IMG/VR virus record: IMGVR_UViG_3300043436_001160
Location: 5,422 to 69,421 of that record
Source of the DNA: a virus
Direction: 5' to 3' (one strand)
DNA length: 64,000 nt
The notes under the pieces are model-generated. The model was given only the letters and a program-made list of their open reading frames with translations, was not told the origin of the DNA and ran no database searches. The stretch's first letter is position 1, and every line of letters begins with the position of its first letter. Both the position numbers and the translations under genes were made by a program. This document shows, piece after piece, positions 1 through 8,349 of the stretch.

Positions 1-1
1 A

Positions 2-487
2 ATTTGTCTACATATCAAGGCACCATTTCCTATTCGAACCCAGTTCTTTAAACATAAGGTTGGATTCGTAGAGAATGAAGTATCTCGTCGTTATGTTGAT
101 GACGATCCAGAATACTTCTATCCACGTTGGTCATCACGACCAACCAACATGAAACAAGGTGCTGGAGATCATGTTGAAACTGATCTTCAGAATAAAGCAT
201 ATCTAATCTATTCGCAAGCAATTGAAGCATGTAATAATGCTTACAAAGATTTGTTAAAGATTGGTATTGCACCTGAACAATCTAGAATGATCTTACCACT
301 CGGTACTTATACTGAATGGTATTGGACTGGTAGCCTTGCTGCATACGCAAGATTCTATGCACAACGCTCTGATCCTCATGCACAAGCAGAGATTAGAGAA
401 TATGCAGAAGAGATTGGGTCAATCATTAGTGGGTTGTTTCCTGTATCTTGGTCTGCTATAGTTAACAATCATAAAGAATCCAGTTAA
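2..487 (+). CDS. thyX: Flavin-dependent thymidylate synthase ThyX (5'-truncated by window edge)
   Basis: Frame is open from base 2: ...KAPFPIRTQFFKHKVGFVENEVSRRY... (ThyX RHRx7SxR-type motif), then GIAPEQSRMILP and RSDPHAQAEIR; the ORF-track 149..487 is its C-terminal part. Confidence 0.93.
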   Translation: MCLHIKAPFPIRTQFFKHKVGFVENEVSRRYVDDDPEYFYPRWSSRPTNMKQGAGDHVETDLQNKAYLIYSQAIEACNNAYKDLLKIGIAPEQSRMILPLGTYTEWYWTGSLAAYARFYAQRSDPHAQAEIREYAEEIGSIISGLFPVSWSAIVNNHKESS

Positions 488-533
488 CCATGCTTGTAGC
501 TATGCTACATTCACTATTTAAAAAAGGAACTAT

Positions 534-2969
534 ATGCTAGAGGCATGGAATAAACTTAGTAAAGAAACTAAAGAAAATAGAGTAACTTTACAAAAACTTT
601 ATGAAGAAGAGTTACTAGAGAACGGTACTGAAAAGTACTGGCGAGAGTATGGTCGAGCCCCAGATGAGGGTAAGCCAGAACAATTGCTACTTGAATCAGC
701 CGTAATCCACCTCACTCCATTCTATCAAAAATGGATTGATGAATGTTCTAATAATCGTAAGTCTCCAGATTGGTTAGCTCCATTGTTATGTATTGGTGCT
801 GCTAAAATGGCTGATATTACAATTAGAAATGTAATGCGTTTGTTCTTAACAAGAAACACATTACAAAACTTTGATGATTCAATAGGCATTCCAAGTAATG
901 CACCTATTGCTCAGCAAGTTGCTAAGTTAATTGCAGATGATGTTATTTCAATTATCGCATATCAACAGGCAAAGAAAAGATTCTCAGAAGATTGGCGTAA
1001 ACAATCTAAGTTTATTAAGAACTGGACTGTTAAACGATGCAAAGCATTTACCCTCAAGGTAACTAAGCTTCCTAAACTAAAGGCCAAAGAGAAAGAAGAT
1101 CTCGGTCATAATATGCTTAGGATTGCTTTGGCTTCTGATATCTTAATTAGTCGTATCCATTGGAATGGTAAGAATAAAAAGTCTCTTCTTGTTTCCTTTG
1201 CTCCTTGGATTCTCAAGGAACTAAGCAAGCGACATGAACTACTTGAACAAGCCTGTCTTGTTTACCGTCCAATGATTTGCCCACCTGTGCAGCATACTAA
1301 TAAAGAAGATGGTGGATTCCTATCGCCATGGATTCGCAAGAAGATGATTAAACGATATCATCCTGTTGGTGCTAATCCTAAGGATTGGGATTCACGTCCA
1401 TCTGAATTGGTATTGCGTGGTCTTAATGCCCTTGCAACTACAGAGTGGTCAGTTAATAAGCAAGTCTATGATGTTATGAAAACTATGTTTGAGAATGATT
1501 ATCGAATTGCTAATCTTCCAGCATATACATTCCAAGACTTTGCCTTTAGTCGTACTTATCCAGAAGATGGGACTAAAGAACAACAAGCCAAGTGGATGCA
1601 AGAATCTAATGAAGCTTGGGGTGAATGGTACAAAGAAGAACAAGCACGATCAAGAATGATTGTCCGCCTTGAGCTTGCTAAGAAAATGGCAAGTTGGGAT
1701 TTCTTCTACATGCCATACACTTTGGATTTTAGAGGTCGAGCATATTCAGTATGTGAGTTGTTGTCTCCTCAGGGTATTGACTTTGATCGTGGTCTAATCC
1801 ACTTTGCTGTACCTAGGAAACAATCTCCGCAAGGTTTGCGGTGGTTAAAGATTCATATTGCTAATCTCTTTGACCAAGATAAGAAATCCTTTGAAGAACG
1901 AATTCAATGGGTTGATTCTAATATTGATATGTTGCTTAGGATTGCAGAAGATCCATATGCTAATAAAGAATGGATTGATCTAAGCAAGAAGAAGAACAAA
2001 TCATTCCAACGCCTTGCAGCAATCTTTGAAATTGCCCGTAAGGATGGAATGACTCAACTTCCAATTCAAATGGATGGCGCTAATAATGGTGGACAACATT
2101 GGTCTGCTATTATGCGTAACAGAAAACTTGCTGTGCTTACTAATCTTATTAAGACTGATAAGCCTCAAGATTTGTATCAGTTTGTAGCAGATGCTGCAAC
2201 TGAACACATGCAAGCTAATCCTGATAACAAATGGTTTCCAGCATTCCTTGAATATTGGAATAATGAATTACCTAGAAATGTAACTAAGCGTCCCACAATG
2301 TGTGATGCATATGGTCTTACATTCTACGGTATGCAGAAATATGTAAAACAGGAAGGCCATGTTGATTGGGTTAGTAAAGAACAACGAGGTGGTGCCGTTG
2401 TTGAACTAAGCCGAGCTATTCAAGCTGGCCTAGGAGAAACAATGGAATCTCCAAACAAAGGTAAAGAATGGTTGCGTGAAGTTGCAGATATCCTCAATGC
2501 AATGAATAAACCATTTGTTTGGACTACCCCAAGTGGGTTTGAGGTGCATCATGTTTATAATCAAGTACTTGAAAGAGTCAGTTATGCTGAGTTATTTAAT
2601 CGTCAGCAACTTGTGTTCTGCACTGTTACGGAAGATCTTGATGGTAAAGCGCAGTATCTTGCAATTTCTCCAAACTTCATCCATTCATTAGATGCAGCAC
2701 ATATGTTTATGACTATCTCCCAAATGCTTGATGAAGGTATGTCTGCTTATTCGTTTGTACATGATTCATATGGAACTTATGCTCCTGATGTTGATAAGAT
2801 GCATGTACTACTGAGAGAAGAATTCATCAAGATTCATAAGGAGAATCAACTTGAAAGACTCAAGAAAGAAATTGAAGAAAGATACGGCATCTACCTCCCA
2901 GAATGCCCCCAACAAGAAAACGAATTCGAAGTCGAAGAAGTCATTGAATCAGAATACTTCTTTGCCTAA
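534..2969 (+). CDS. T7/T3-type single-subunit DNA-directed RNA polymerase
   Basis: DFRGRAY, motif A DGANNGGQH, motif B RNVTKRPTMCDAYG, PNFIHSLDAAH, motif C VHDSY, C-terminal YFFA. Confidence 0.97.
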   Translation: MLEAWNKLSKETKENRVTLQKLYEEELLENGTEKYWREYGRAPDEGKPEQLLLESAVIHLTPFYQKWIDECSNNRKSPDWLAPLLCIGAAKMADITIRNVMRLFLTRNTLQNFDDSIGIPSNAPIAQQVAKLIADDVISIIAYQQAKKRFSEDWRKQSKFIKNWTVKRCKAFTLKVTKLPKLKAKEKEDLGHNMLRIALASDILISRIHWNGKNKKSLLVSFAPWILKELSKRHELLEQACLVYRPMICPPVQHTNKEDGGFLSPWIRKKMIKRYHPVGANPKDWDSRPSELVLRGLNALATTEWSVNKQVYDVMKTMFENDYRIANLPAYTFQDFAFSRTYPEDGTKEQQAKWMQESNEAWGEWYKEEQARSRMIVRLELAKKMASWDFFYMPYTLDFRGRAYSVCELLSPQGIDFDRGLIHFAVPRKQSPQGLRWLKIHIANLFDQDKKSFEERIQWVDSNIDMLLRIAEDPYANKEWIDLSKKKNKSFQRLAAIFEIARKDGMTQLPIQMDGANNGGQHWSAIMRNRKLAVLTNLIKTDKPQDLYQFVADAATEHMQANPDNKWFPAFLEYWNNELPRNVTKRPTMCDAYGLTFYGMQKYVKQEGHVDWVSKEQRGGAVVELSRAIQAGLGETMESPNKGKEWLREVADILNAMNKPFVWTTPSGFEVHHVYNQVLERVSYAELFNRQQLVFCTVTEDLDGKAQYLAISPNFIHSLDAAHMFMTISQMLDEGMSAYSFVHDSYGTYAPDVDKMHVLLREEFIKIHKENQLERLKKEIEERYGIYLPECPQQENEFEVEEVIESEYFFA

Positions 2970-3231
2970 GAATGTTATCTATCCAGATAAAATACCTAAG
3001 CTTGTTAAGGTTCTATGGGTCGATGCTATGACTATTGGTGGGGCTGAATGGTTAGGTAAAGAGGAAGCCAAGTCTTCTGCTAAAGAACCACTACCAATGA
3101 TGTTAACGGTAGGTTTTGTTCTCCATAATGACGAAGAACAAATCTCCTTAACTTCAACAATCGGCCCTGGTGAGACTGCTCAGGTAAACAAAATACCTAA
3201 GCGAATGGTGATTAAGATTGAGGAAGTATAA
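2962..3231 (+). CDS. Hypothetical phage protein (VxWxDA...TVGF type); start uncertain
   Basis: C-terminal part of ORF 2851..3231; TTG at 2962 overlaps the RNAP stop region. Confidence 0.6.
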   Translation: MPKNVIYPDKIPKLVKVLWVDAMTIGGAEWLGKEEAKSSAKEPLPMMLTVGFVLHNDEEQISLTSTIGPGETAQVNKIPKRMVIKIEEV

Positions 3232-3368
3232 TGGCAGAGCAAAAGAATATTCGTCGTAAGGATTATAAAGAATTTAATCCTGAAAAATTTAAAAGAGAAC
3301 AAGAACGCAAACGACGTCAACAACAACGTCAGAATGCACGGAGAAATAAGTATGGACAAGATTCCTGA
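3231..3368 (+). CDS. Small basic hypothetical protein (45 aa)
   Basis: Translated by eye: MAEQKNIRRKDYKEFNPEKF...GQDS; GAGGA SD, ATG overlaps upstream stop. Confidence 0.55.
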   Translation: MAEQKNIRRKDYKEFNPEKFKREQERKRRQQQRQNARRNKYGQDS

Positions 3369-3528
3369 GTTTTATAATTATTATCAACGACTACATGTAG
3401 AGGGTAAGTTCAATGTATATGAACCTATTCCTCAAGATAATGGTGAACCATTGCCACCTCTAGCTGTTCAATGGAAAGAAGATGCCAAGCGCAGATGGGG
3501 GAAGAATGAGAACACTGGTAATCGGTGA
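3352..3528 (+). CDS. Hypothetical protein
   Basis: MDKIPEF... with GGAG SD; fills the gap in a tightly packed operon. Confidence 0.5.
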   Translation: MDKIPEFYNYYQRLHVEGKFNVYEPIPQDNGEPLPPLAVQWKEDAKRRWGKNENTGNR

Positions 3529-4159
3529 CTTACATTGTCCAGCAGATCATGAAGACTATCTTCACTTTTGTCTTGACATGAAACGTAAATATAAAACAAA
3601 CAATACCGTGTTCATTGGTGACATCATTGATCATGAAGCTATCTCAGCACATGACAAGAATCCATCATTGCCAGGTCCCATTGATGAGTTGGCCCAAGCA
3701 AGAGAAGGTATACGCAAATGGTACAATGCATTTAAGAATGCATCTGTATGTATTGGTAATCACGATGCACGGGTACAAAAGAAAGCAGTAAAGAATGGTA
3801 TTCCTGAGGTTTATCTTAAATCTTATTGTGATGTGTATAATACTCCCACTTGGAATTGGGATTATAATTTTGAGTTCAATGGTGTTTATTATGTTCATGG
3901 CGATGGTTGGGGCGGTCAGTACCCTTCATTCAACGCTGCCAAAGCAAGACTACAATCAGTAGTCTGTGGACATCACCATAGCCTTGCTGCTATTAATTGG
4001 ATTAAAGGACCGACAACCATGTATTTTGGTATGAATGTTGGCTGCGGCGTGGATCAGCGTCACCCAGCACTTTCATATTCAAAGCCACACCTTAAGAAAG
4101 CCATCCTAAGTTGTGGTATTGTTATTGATGGCACACAACCTTATTTGGAGATTATGTAA
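3506..4159 (+). CDS. Calcineurin-like metallophosphoesterase
   Basis: GDLH, GDIID, GNHD, HGD and GHHH motifs in canonical order. Confidence 0.9.
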   Translation: MRTLVIGDLHCPADHEDYLHFCLDMKRKYKTNNTVFIGDIIDHEAISAHDKNPSLPGPIDELAQAREGIRKWYNAFKNASVCIGNHDARVQKKAVKNGIPEVYLKSYCDVYNTPTWNWDYNFEFNGVYYVHGDGWGGQYPSFNAAKARLQSVVCGHHHSLAAINWIKGPTTMYFGMNVGCGVDQRHPALSYSKPHLKKAILSCGIVIDGTQPYLEIM

Positions 4160-4341
4160 TGAGTGAAGAAACTACAAAGGAACAACAAGTAAACGCTGTT
4201 CCAACCGAAGCTGTAGTTGCATACTTGTCGGATCTTTACCGACAACTTGATGCACTTAGCTTTAACATCCGTACTAATATTAACAACATCATGCCAAAGG
4301 TAGATGGAGAAGTTACCAATGCCAGCACCGACCAAAGCTAA
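4159..4341 (+). CDS. Hypothetical protein
   Basis: Translationally coupled (TAATG), GGAG SD. Confidence 0.55.
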   Translation: MSEETTKEQQVNAVPTEAVVAYLSDLYRQLDALSFNIRTNINNIMPKVDGEVTNASTDQS

Positions 4342-4804
4342 ATATGCTAAGCCCTTCGTGACGGGCAATGTCACTGTTAAGTGGTCACACCTTATGTCCC
4401 CAGACGACAAGTTCGGAAATCCAAATCATTCTGTAACTGTTGAGCTTACACCTGAGTTGCAAAAGCAACTTCAATCGTCTGTCAAGGAACTTGGTGGTAA
4501 GAAGATCAACGGTCTCAAGGATGCTGATGGAATCAAGACCATCAAGTTTAAGAATGTCCTTAAGGCTAAGGAAGGCATCAAGACTTTCCCAGTCATTGGT
4601 CCTGATACCAAGCCAACTGATACCGTACCATTCGGTTCAGATGTAGTCAGGGTCAAGGTCACTCCTGCGCTCATTGGTCGAGACAATTCGGTTTCATTCT
4701 ATATGGAATCAATTCAATTGATTGAGCGTAACTACGTTGGACAGAACTCAGAATTTACTGATGTAAGCAATAAGCCCATCAGTGATGATGAAGTTCCATT
4801 CTAA
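4319..4804 (+). CDS. ssDNA-binding protein (T7 gp2.5-like)
   Basis: WSHLMSPDDKFG segment, IQLIE strand, acidic tail ending DDEVPF; located in the replication module. Confidence 0.8.
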   Translation: MPAPTKAKYAKPFVTGNVTVKWSHLMSPDDKFGNPNHSVTVELTPELQKQLQSSVKELGGKKINGLKDADGIKTIKFKNVLKAKEGIKTFPVIGPDTKPTDTVPFGSDVVRVKVTPALIGRDNSVSFYMESIQLIERNYVGQNSEFTDVSNKPISDDEVPF

Positions 4805-4815
4805 GTAGGTGACTC

Positions 4816-5217
4816 ATGCGGAGTTATAAGTTCCCAATCAATCCCGTTGCTGCATCACGTCCTCGTGTCAGCAAGTTCGGAGCATATTTCACGGGACCTT
4901 ATAAGAAGTTCCGCTCGGCGGCTGCTATTATAATCAATAGAATCCTCGGGCGGAACTTCACTCCAATGAGTGGAAAACTTGCAGTTGATATAAAATGTTT
5001 TGTAACAAGACCTAAAACAACTAAGCTAGAATACCCAAGAGCTGATGTAGATAACTACAGCAAAGCCATTCTAGATTCGTTAAATGGTAAGTTGTGGGAT
5101 GATGACTCACAGATCATTGCTTTGTTCATATCAAAGCAATGGGCAGACTGCGGTGAAGAAGGTTACTTCATTGTAGATATTGAGGAAATCAAAGTTGAAC
5201 ATCGAAAAGTATCGTGA
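4816..5217 (+). CDS. rusA: RusA-like Holliday junction resolvase
   Basis: PVAASRPR, DVDNYSKAILDSL and WDDDSQI motifs. Confidence 0.9.
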   Translation: MRSYKFPINPVAASRPRVSKFGAYFTGPYKKFRSAAAIIINRILGRNFTPMSGKLAVDIKCFVTRPKTTKLEYPRADVDNYSKAILDSLNGKLWDDDSQIIALFISKQWADCGEEGYFIVDIEEIKVEHRKVS

Positions 5218-5566
5218 AATAGCAAGAGAAGAATTCTTTAATATTGATCAATATAGATCACACAATCATGTATCAATTATCTTACAAGATAATCGTATAC
5301 TTGGTATTGGAATTAATAAGAGAAAGACCCATCCTCTAGCCGCAAAGTATGGCTATAGGAGCTGCGAACTCCACAGCGAACTCGATGCACTCTTAAAAGT
5401 TCCAAAGAATAATAGAGATAATCTTACCTTGCTTAACTTCAGGTTTGGTCCAAAGGGAGATATGAAGTTATCCAAACCTTGTAAGCTATGCTTGCCGTGG
5501 TGTATGGAGACATTTGTAGAAATACATTACTCCGTTCCCAATGGATTAATTCAATTGGATTATTAA
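5180..5566 (+). CDS. Zinc-dependent cytidine/dCMP/tRNA deaminase-fold protein (start may be TTG 5195)
   Basis: HSE...SKPCKLC matches the HxE...PCxxC deaminase signature. Confidence 0.82.
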   Translation: MRKSKLNIEKYREIAREEFFNIDQYRSHNHVSIILQDNRILGIGINKRKTHPLAAKYGYRSCELHSELDALLKVPKNNRDNLTLLNFRFGPKGDMKLSKPCKLCLPWCMETFVEIHYSVPNGLIQLDY

Positions 5567-5571
5567 GGTCA

Positions 5572-5663
5572 AGCTATTGGCTGGTGCCAACTATGCCTAA
5601 CGTGTTCGCAGACATGTTAATAATATGGTGGCATGGTGGGGGTTCGATTCCCCCAGATAGCTG
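5572..5663 (+). ncRNA. Atypical tRNA-like RNA
   Basis: AGCTATT/GATAGCT terminal stem and T-arm TGGGGG-TTCGATT-CCCCCA; no canonical anticodon arm. Confidence 0.55.
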
Positions 5664-5668
5664 TACAT

Positions 5669-5746
5669 GGTAGGGTGCCTGATAGATTTGGTAAAAGGTC
5701 GTGACTTATAATCGCGCTCATGTGGGTTCGACTCCCACCCCTACTA
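5669..5746 (+). tRNA. tRNA-Ile(UAU)
   Basis: Acceptor GGTAGGG/CCCTACT, anticodon arm CGTGA-CTTATAA-TCGCG, T-arm GTGGG-TTCGACT-CCCAC. Confidence 0.85.
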
Positions 5747-5753
5747 CTATAAT

Positions 5754-5779
5754 GGGCAGTGCGTTACTGCCCTGTTTTT
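5754..5779 (+). terminator. Rho-independent terminator
   Basis: GGGCAGT-gcgtt-ACTGCCC followed by TGTTTTT. Confidence 0.65.
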
Positions 5780-5795
5780 ATCCCAAGGAGATAAA

Positions 5796-6008
5796 ATGTC
5801 AAAGAAAATGTCGGTAACAATTGATGTAGTTCGAAGTATCACAGAAATTTGGTACTTTGATATTGAAGATGATGCTAATCCAGAGAGCATCTTCCAAGAT
5901 ATTAAAAACAATCCAAACATTCTCTGGACTAAGTTTGATTCTAATATGGATTTCTCAGAAGACTTTGATGAAATGGTAAGTCAGGTGGTAGATTATGAAG
6001 TCGAATAA
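5796..6008 (+). CDS. Acidic hypothetical protein
   Basis: AAGGAG SD; ORF track. Confidence 0.65.
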   Translation: MSKKMSVTIDVVRSITEIWYFDIEDDANPESIFQDIKNNPNILWTKFDSNMDFSEDFDEMVSQVVDYEVE

Positions 6009-6189
6009 GATGCATGCAATTGTTGTTTTGCCTGATGGTGAAACTTGGAATACTGTAGATAGCTGTAGTATTTGTATCATTACAGATGAAGATCTACAAA
6101 AACTTGTTAATGAAGAGATTGATGCACGGGATCTAATTCCACCTGTTGAAATTGGTTTGGGAGTCTATTACCATGGATCTGGAGGATGA
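5995..6189 (+). CDS. Hypothetical protein
   Basis: Overlapping tandem ORF. Confidence 0.55.
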   Translation: MKSNKMHAIVVLPDGETWNTVDSCSICIITDEDLQKLVNEEIDARDLIPPVEIGLGVYYHGSGG

Positions 6190-6478
6190 CGCACATATGA
6201 ACACACACATTGAAACAACTACTGTACAAGAAGTAATTAACGTACCCATTATGGTTTCCCCTGATTTGTACAATCAACTTGCTGATCTTGTACTACAACG
6301 TATTGAAGACAGCACAACATTCCGTGAGATTGTTGATGCTCGTATTGAACATTGGATGAATCGTAACTTTGATATCAATGATTACGAAACCAGTGGACTT
6401 AAGGAAGATATTATGGATTCAGTTCGGTTTGATTTGAAGCAAAGCATCCGTGCTGAAGTCGAGATCTTTGTAGACTAA
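6146..6478 (+). CDS. Acidic hypothetical protein (start probably 6173 or 6197)
   Basis: ORF track; GGAGG upstream of ATG 6197. Confidence 0.55.
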   Translation: MKLVWESITMDLEDDAHMNTHIETTTVQEVINVPIMVSPDLYNQLADLVLQRIEDSTTFREIVDARIEHWMNRNFDINDYETSGLKEDIMDSVRFDLKQSIRAEVEIFVD

Positions 6479-6487
6479 GGAGCAACA

Positions 6488-6958
6488 ATGAAGAAGAACA
6501 TTATGAACAAGTGGGTCAAAGCCCTTTGCTCTGGCAAGTACAAGCAGGGTCGTGCAAGGCTTTGTACTGTAAATGGCAGAACAGGTAACGAGTCCTATTG
6601 TTGCCTCGGTGTCCTTACTGATCTCTACCTCAAAGAGCGTAAGCGACAGAAGAAGGGTCCTAATATCAAGTTCTTCCATACCTATACAAAGGAAGACATG
6701 GCCCACGATCGTAACTTTTCTAAGTGGGTGATTGATGGAGAAGATGGTTGTCTTCCTCCCGAGGTAGCAGAGTGGGCTGGATTCAATACAGCTACGGATG
6801 ACTATAAGACTGGTTGCTTTAGCAATGGCAAAACTAGAATTGATCTTGCTCTCTTTAACGACGGTGGTTTTGATCCTATGGATGTAAACAAAACTGCTAA
6901 GCCCAAGTCATTTAAGCAGATTGCTGCCGTAATCGAAAAAAACTACGAGCACATCTAA
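6488..6958 (+). CDS. Phage hypothetical protein (WxxALxSGxYxQG...CCLGV type)
   Basis: AAGGAG SD; WVKALCSGKYKQG, YCCLGVL and SFKQIA pattern recurrent in phage proteins of unknown function. Confidence 0.7.
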   Translation: MKKNIMNKWVKALCSGKYKQGRARLCTVNGRTGNESYCCLGVLTDLYLKERKRQKKGPNIKFFHTYTKEDMAHDRNFSKWVIDGEDGCLPPEVAEWAGFNTATDDYKTGCFSNGKTRIDLALFNDGGFDPMDVNKTAKPKSFKQIAAVIEKNYEHI

Positions 6959-6960
6959 CA

Positions 6961-7055
6961 GGTGGGGATGCAGCCATGTAGGAAATGGCAGAGGTGACAA
7001 GCCTTGTCCTAGCATAGAAGCTAGACAACTCAGTGCAAATCTGAGCATCCCACTT
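6961..7055 (+). ncRNA. Atypical tRNA-like RNA with long variable arm
   Basis: GGGATG/CATCCC acceptor, GCCAT/ATGGC D-like arm, GAGG-TGACAAG-CCTT arm, CTAGC/GCTAG extra arm, CTCAG-TGCAAAT-CTGAG T-like arm. Confidence 0.55.
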
Positions 7056-7056
7056 T

Positions 7057-7130
7057 ATTTCCATAGCTCAACTGGATAGAGCAACAGCCTTCTAAGCTGT
7101 AGGTTGCTGGTTCAAGTCCAGCTGGAAATG
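7057..7130 (+). tRNA. tRNA-Arg(UCU)
   Basis: ATTTCCA/TGGAAAT acceptor; ACAGC-CTTCTAA-GCTGT; GCTGG-TTCAAGT-CCAGC. Confidence 0.93.
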
Positions 7131-7147
7131 TTAAAGGAGTATCACAA

Positions 7148-7345
7148 ATGGATTATCACGATATCGAAAATCTTGAAATTAAACTAGAAATTCTTGAGGA
7201 ACGTATTTACAATGCCTCTATCCTCTTGGCTGATTGGGATGGTTACTATAATCCCAAAAATAAAAAAGGTAATGCAGAAGAACTTGCTAAGTTAATTGAA
7301 GAAGCGTATATAATTTTACAAGGAAAAAGTTGGAAGGAAAATTAA
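7148..7345 (+). CDS. Hypothetical protein
   Basis: AAGGAG SD; ORF track. Confidence 0.6.
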   Translation: MDYHDIENLEIKLEILEERIYNASILLADWDGYYNPKNKKGNAEELAKLIEEAYIILQGKSWKEN

Positions 7346-7347
7346 AT

Positions 7348-7791
7348 ATGGAAGAACTTAAGTTAATCATTACAATCATTAGTTTTATTGGTGTTATTAT
7401 TTTTATTCTAATTGCTTGGAATAATGACAAGTTAATTCAGCAACTACAAAAAGATAATACAAGTAATCAAGATGCACTAAATCAACGATTGCTTAATCTT
7501 GAAGAACATTGGAATAAACGTCTTCGGGATACGCAAAATTATTTTACACACTCTAATGCATCCAATAACGACCTTCTTTATAAGAAATTAGATAACCTGT
7601 CTACTTGCTATAGTTCAACCGAAAGTCGTGTATCTGATCTTGCATCTAGACTTTGGTTGGTAGAAGGTAATATACAATCTCTTCAACCATACATAAGACA
7701 ACTGAGCCTTAAGAAGTTAATTAAGACTTCTGCTAATGTTCAAAAAGGTTTTATTAAGGAACTAAAGGAAATTGAGAATGAACTCAAATGA
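7348..7791 (+). CDS. Membrane-anchored coiled-coil protein
   Basis: N-terminal TM LIITIISFIGVIIFILIAW followed by a heptad-rich region. Confidence 0.6.
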   Translation: MEELKLIITIISFIGVIIFILIAWNNDKLIQQLQKDNTSNQDALNQRLLNLEEHWNKRLRDTQNYFTHSNASNNDLLYKKLDNLSTCYSSTESRVSDLASRLWLVEGNIQSLQPYIRQLSLKKLIKTSANVQKGFIKELKEIENELK

Positions 7792-7996
7792 AATCCTTAA
7801 ACTCTTGGAAAATGCAATTGACTATTCGTCAACAACTGATTACCACTTTGGCTTTACCGCCAAAGAAATTCACCGTAAGTGTATTGCCCATATTAGATTG
7901 TTGGATCAGGAAAACCAAACGCTAAGAGAAATGCTTGAAAATTGTAAAGATACTAAAACATTCCATCTTGGCTGGGGTAAAGGAAAGGATGAGTAA
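7772..7996 (+). CDS. Hypothetical protein
   Basis: Overlapping tandem ORF. Confidence 0.55.
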   Translation: MRMNSNEILKLLENAIDYSSTTDYHFGFTAKEIHRKCIAHIRLLDQENQTLREMLENCKDTKTFHLGWGKGKDE

Positions 7997-7998
7997 TC

Positions 7999-8112
7999 AT
8001 GGATATAGCTGAAGAGCTTTGTAAATGTACTCTATGTGGTTGTTGGGATTATCCTGTCAACCATCACAACGATTGCTCTATTTGTGCAAGGTTGCAATAT
8101 GGAGATGATTGA
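7999..8112 (+). CDS. Small Zn-ribbon protein (37 aa)
   Basis: Translated by eye: MDIAEELCKCTLCGCWDYPVNHHNDCSICARLQYGDD (two CxxC). Confidence 0.45.
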   Translation: MDIAEELCKCTLCGCWDYPVNHHNDCSICARLQYGDD

Positions 8113-8142
8113 AGAAGCAGACTATTGGAATAATTATTTTAA

Positions 8143-8161
8143 GACTCACTATAGGTGAGTC
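8143..8161 (+). promoter_or_regulatory. T7-promoter-like core within an inverted repeat
   Basis: GACTCACTATAGG equals the -11..+2 core of the T7 promoter; it also forms GACTCAC-tatag-GTGAGTC, just upstream of the tRNAs and primase. Confidence 0.4.
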
Positions 8162-8165
8162 ACTT

Positions 8166-8246
8166 GGCTTCGTGGCGGAATGGCATACGCAGCGGACTTA
8201 AAATCCGTAGCCGCAAGGCGTGGGGGTTCAAGTCCCCCCGAAGCTA
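8166..8246 (+). tRNA. tRNA-Leu(UAA)
   Basis: GGCTTCG/CGAAGCT acceptor; GCGGA-CTTAAAA-TCCGT; variable arm GCC-GCAA-GGC; T-arm GGGGG-TTCAAGT-CCCCC. Confidence 0.93.
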
Positions 8247-8249
8247 CTG

Positions 8250-8322
8250 GCCCTTATAGCTCAGTTGGTAGAGCAACCGACTTTTAATCGGTTGGTCGCA
8301 GGTTCAAGTCCTGCTGGGGGCA
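8250..8322 (+). tRNA. tRNA-Lys(UUU)
   Basis: TAGCTCAGTTGGTAGAGC D-arm; ACCGA-CTTTTAA-TCGGT; GCAGG-TTCAAGT-CCTGC. Confidence 0.95.
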
Positions 8323-8349
8323 TTGTTAATTTTTACTTAAGGAGTAATT

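Noticed and set aside
2851-2961. Extended N-terminus of ORF 2851..3231
   Set aside because: Overlaps the RNAP C-terminus and reads like an off-frame translation
5572-5663. Selenocysteine tRNA (13-bp acceptor plus T stack)
   Set aside because: No UCA anticodon arm or Sec-type D and variable arms
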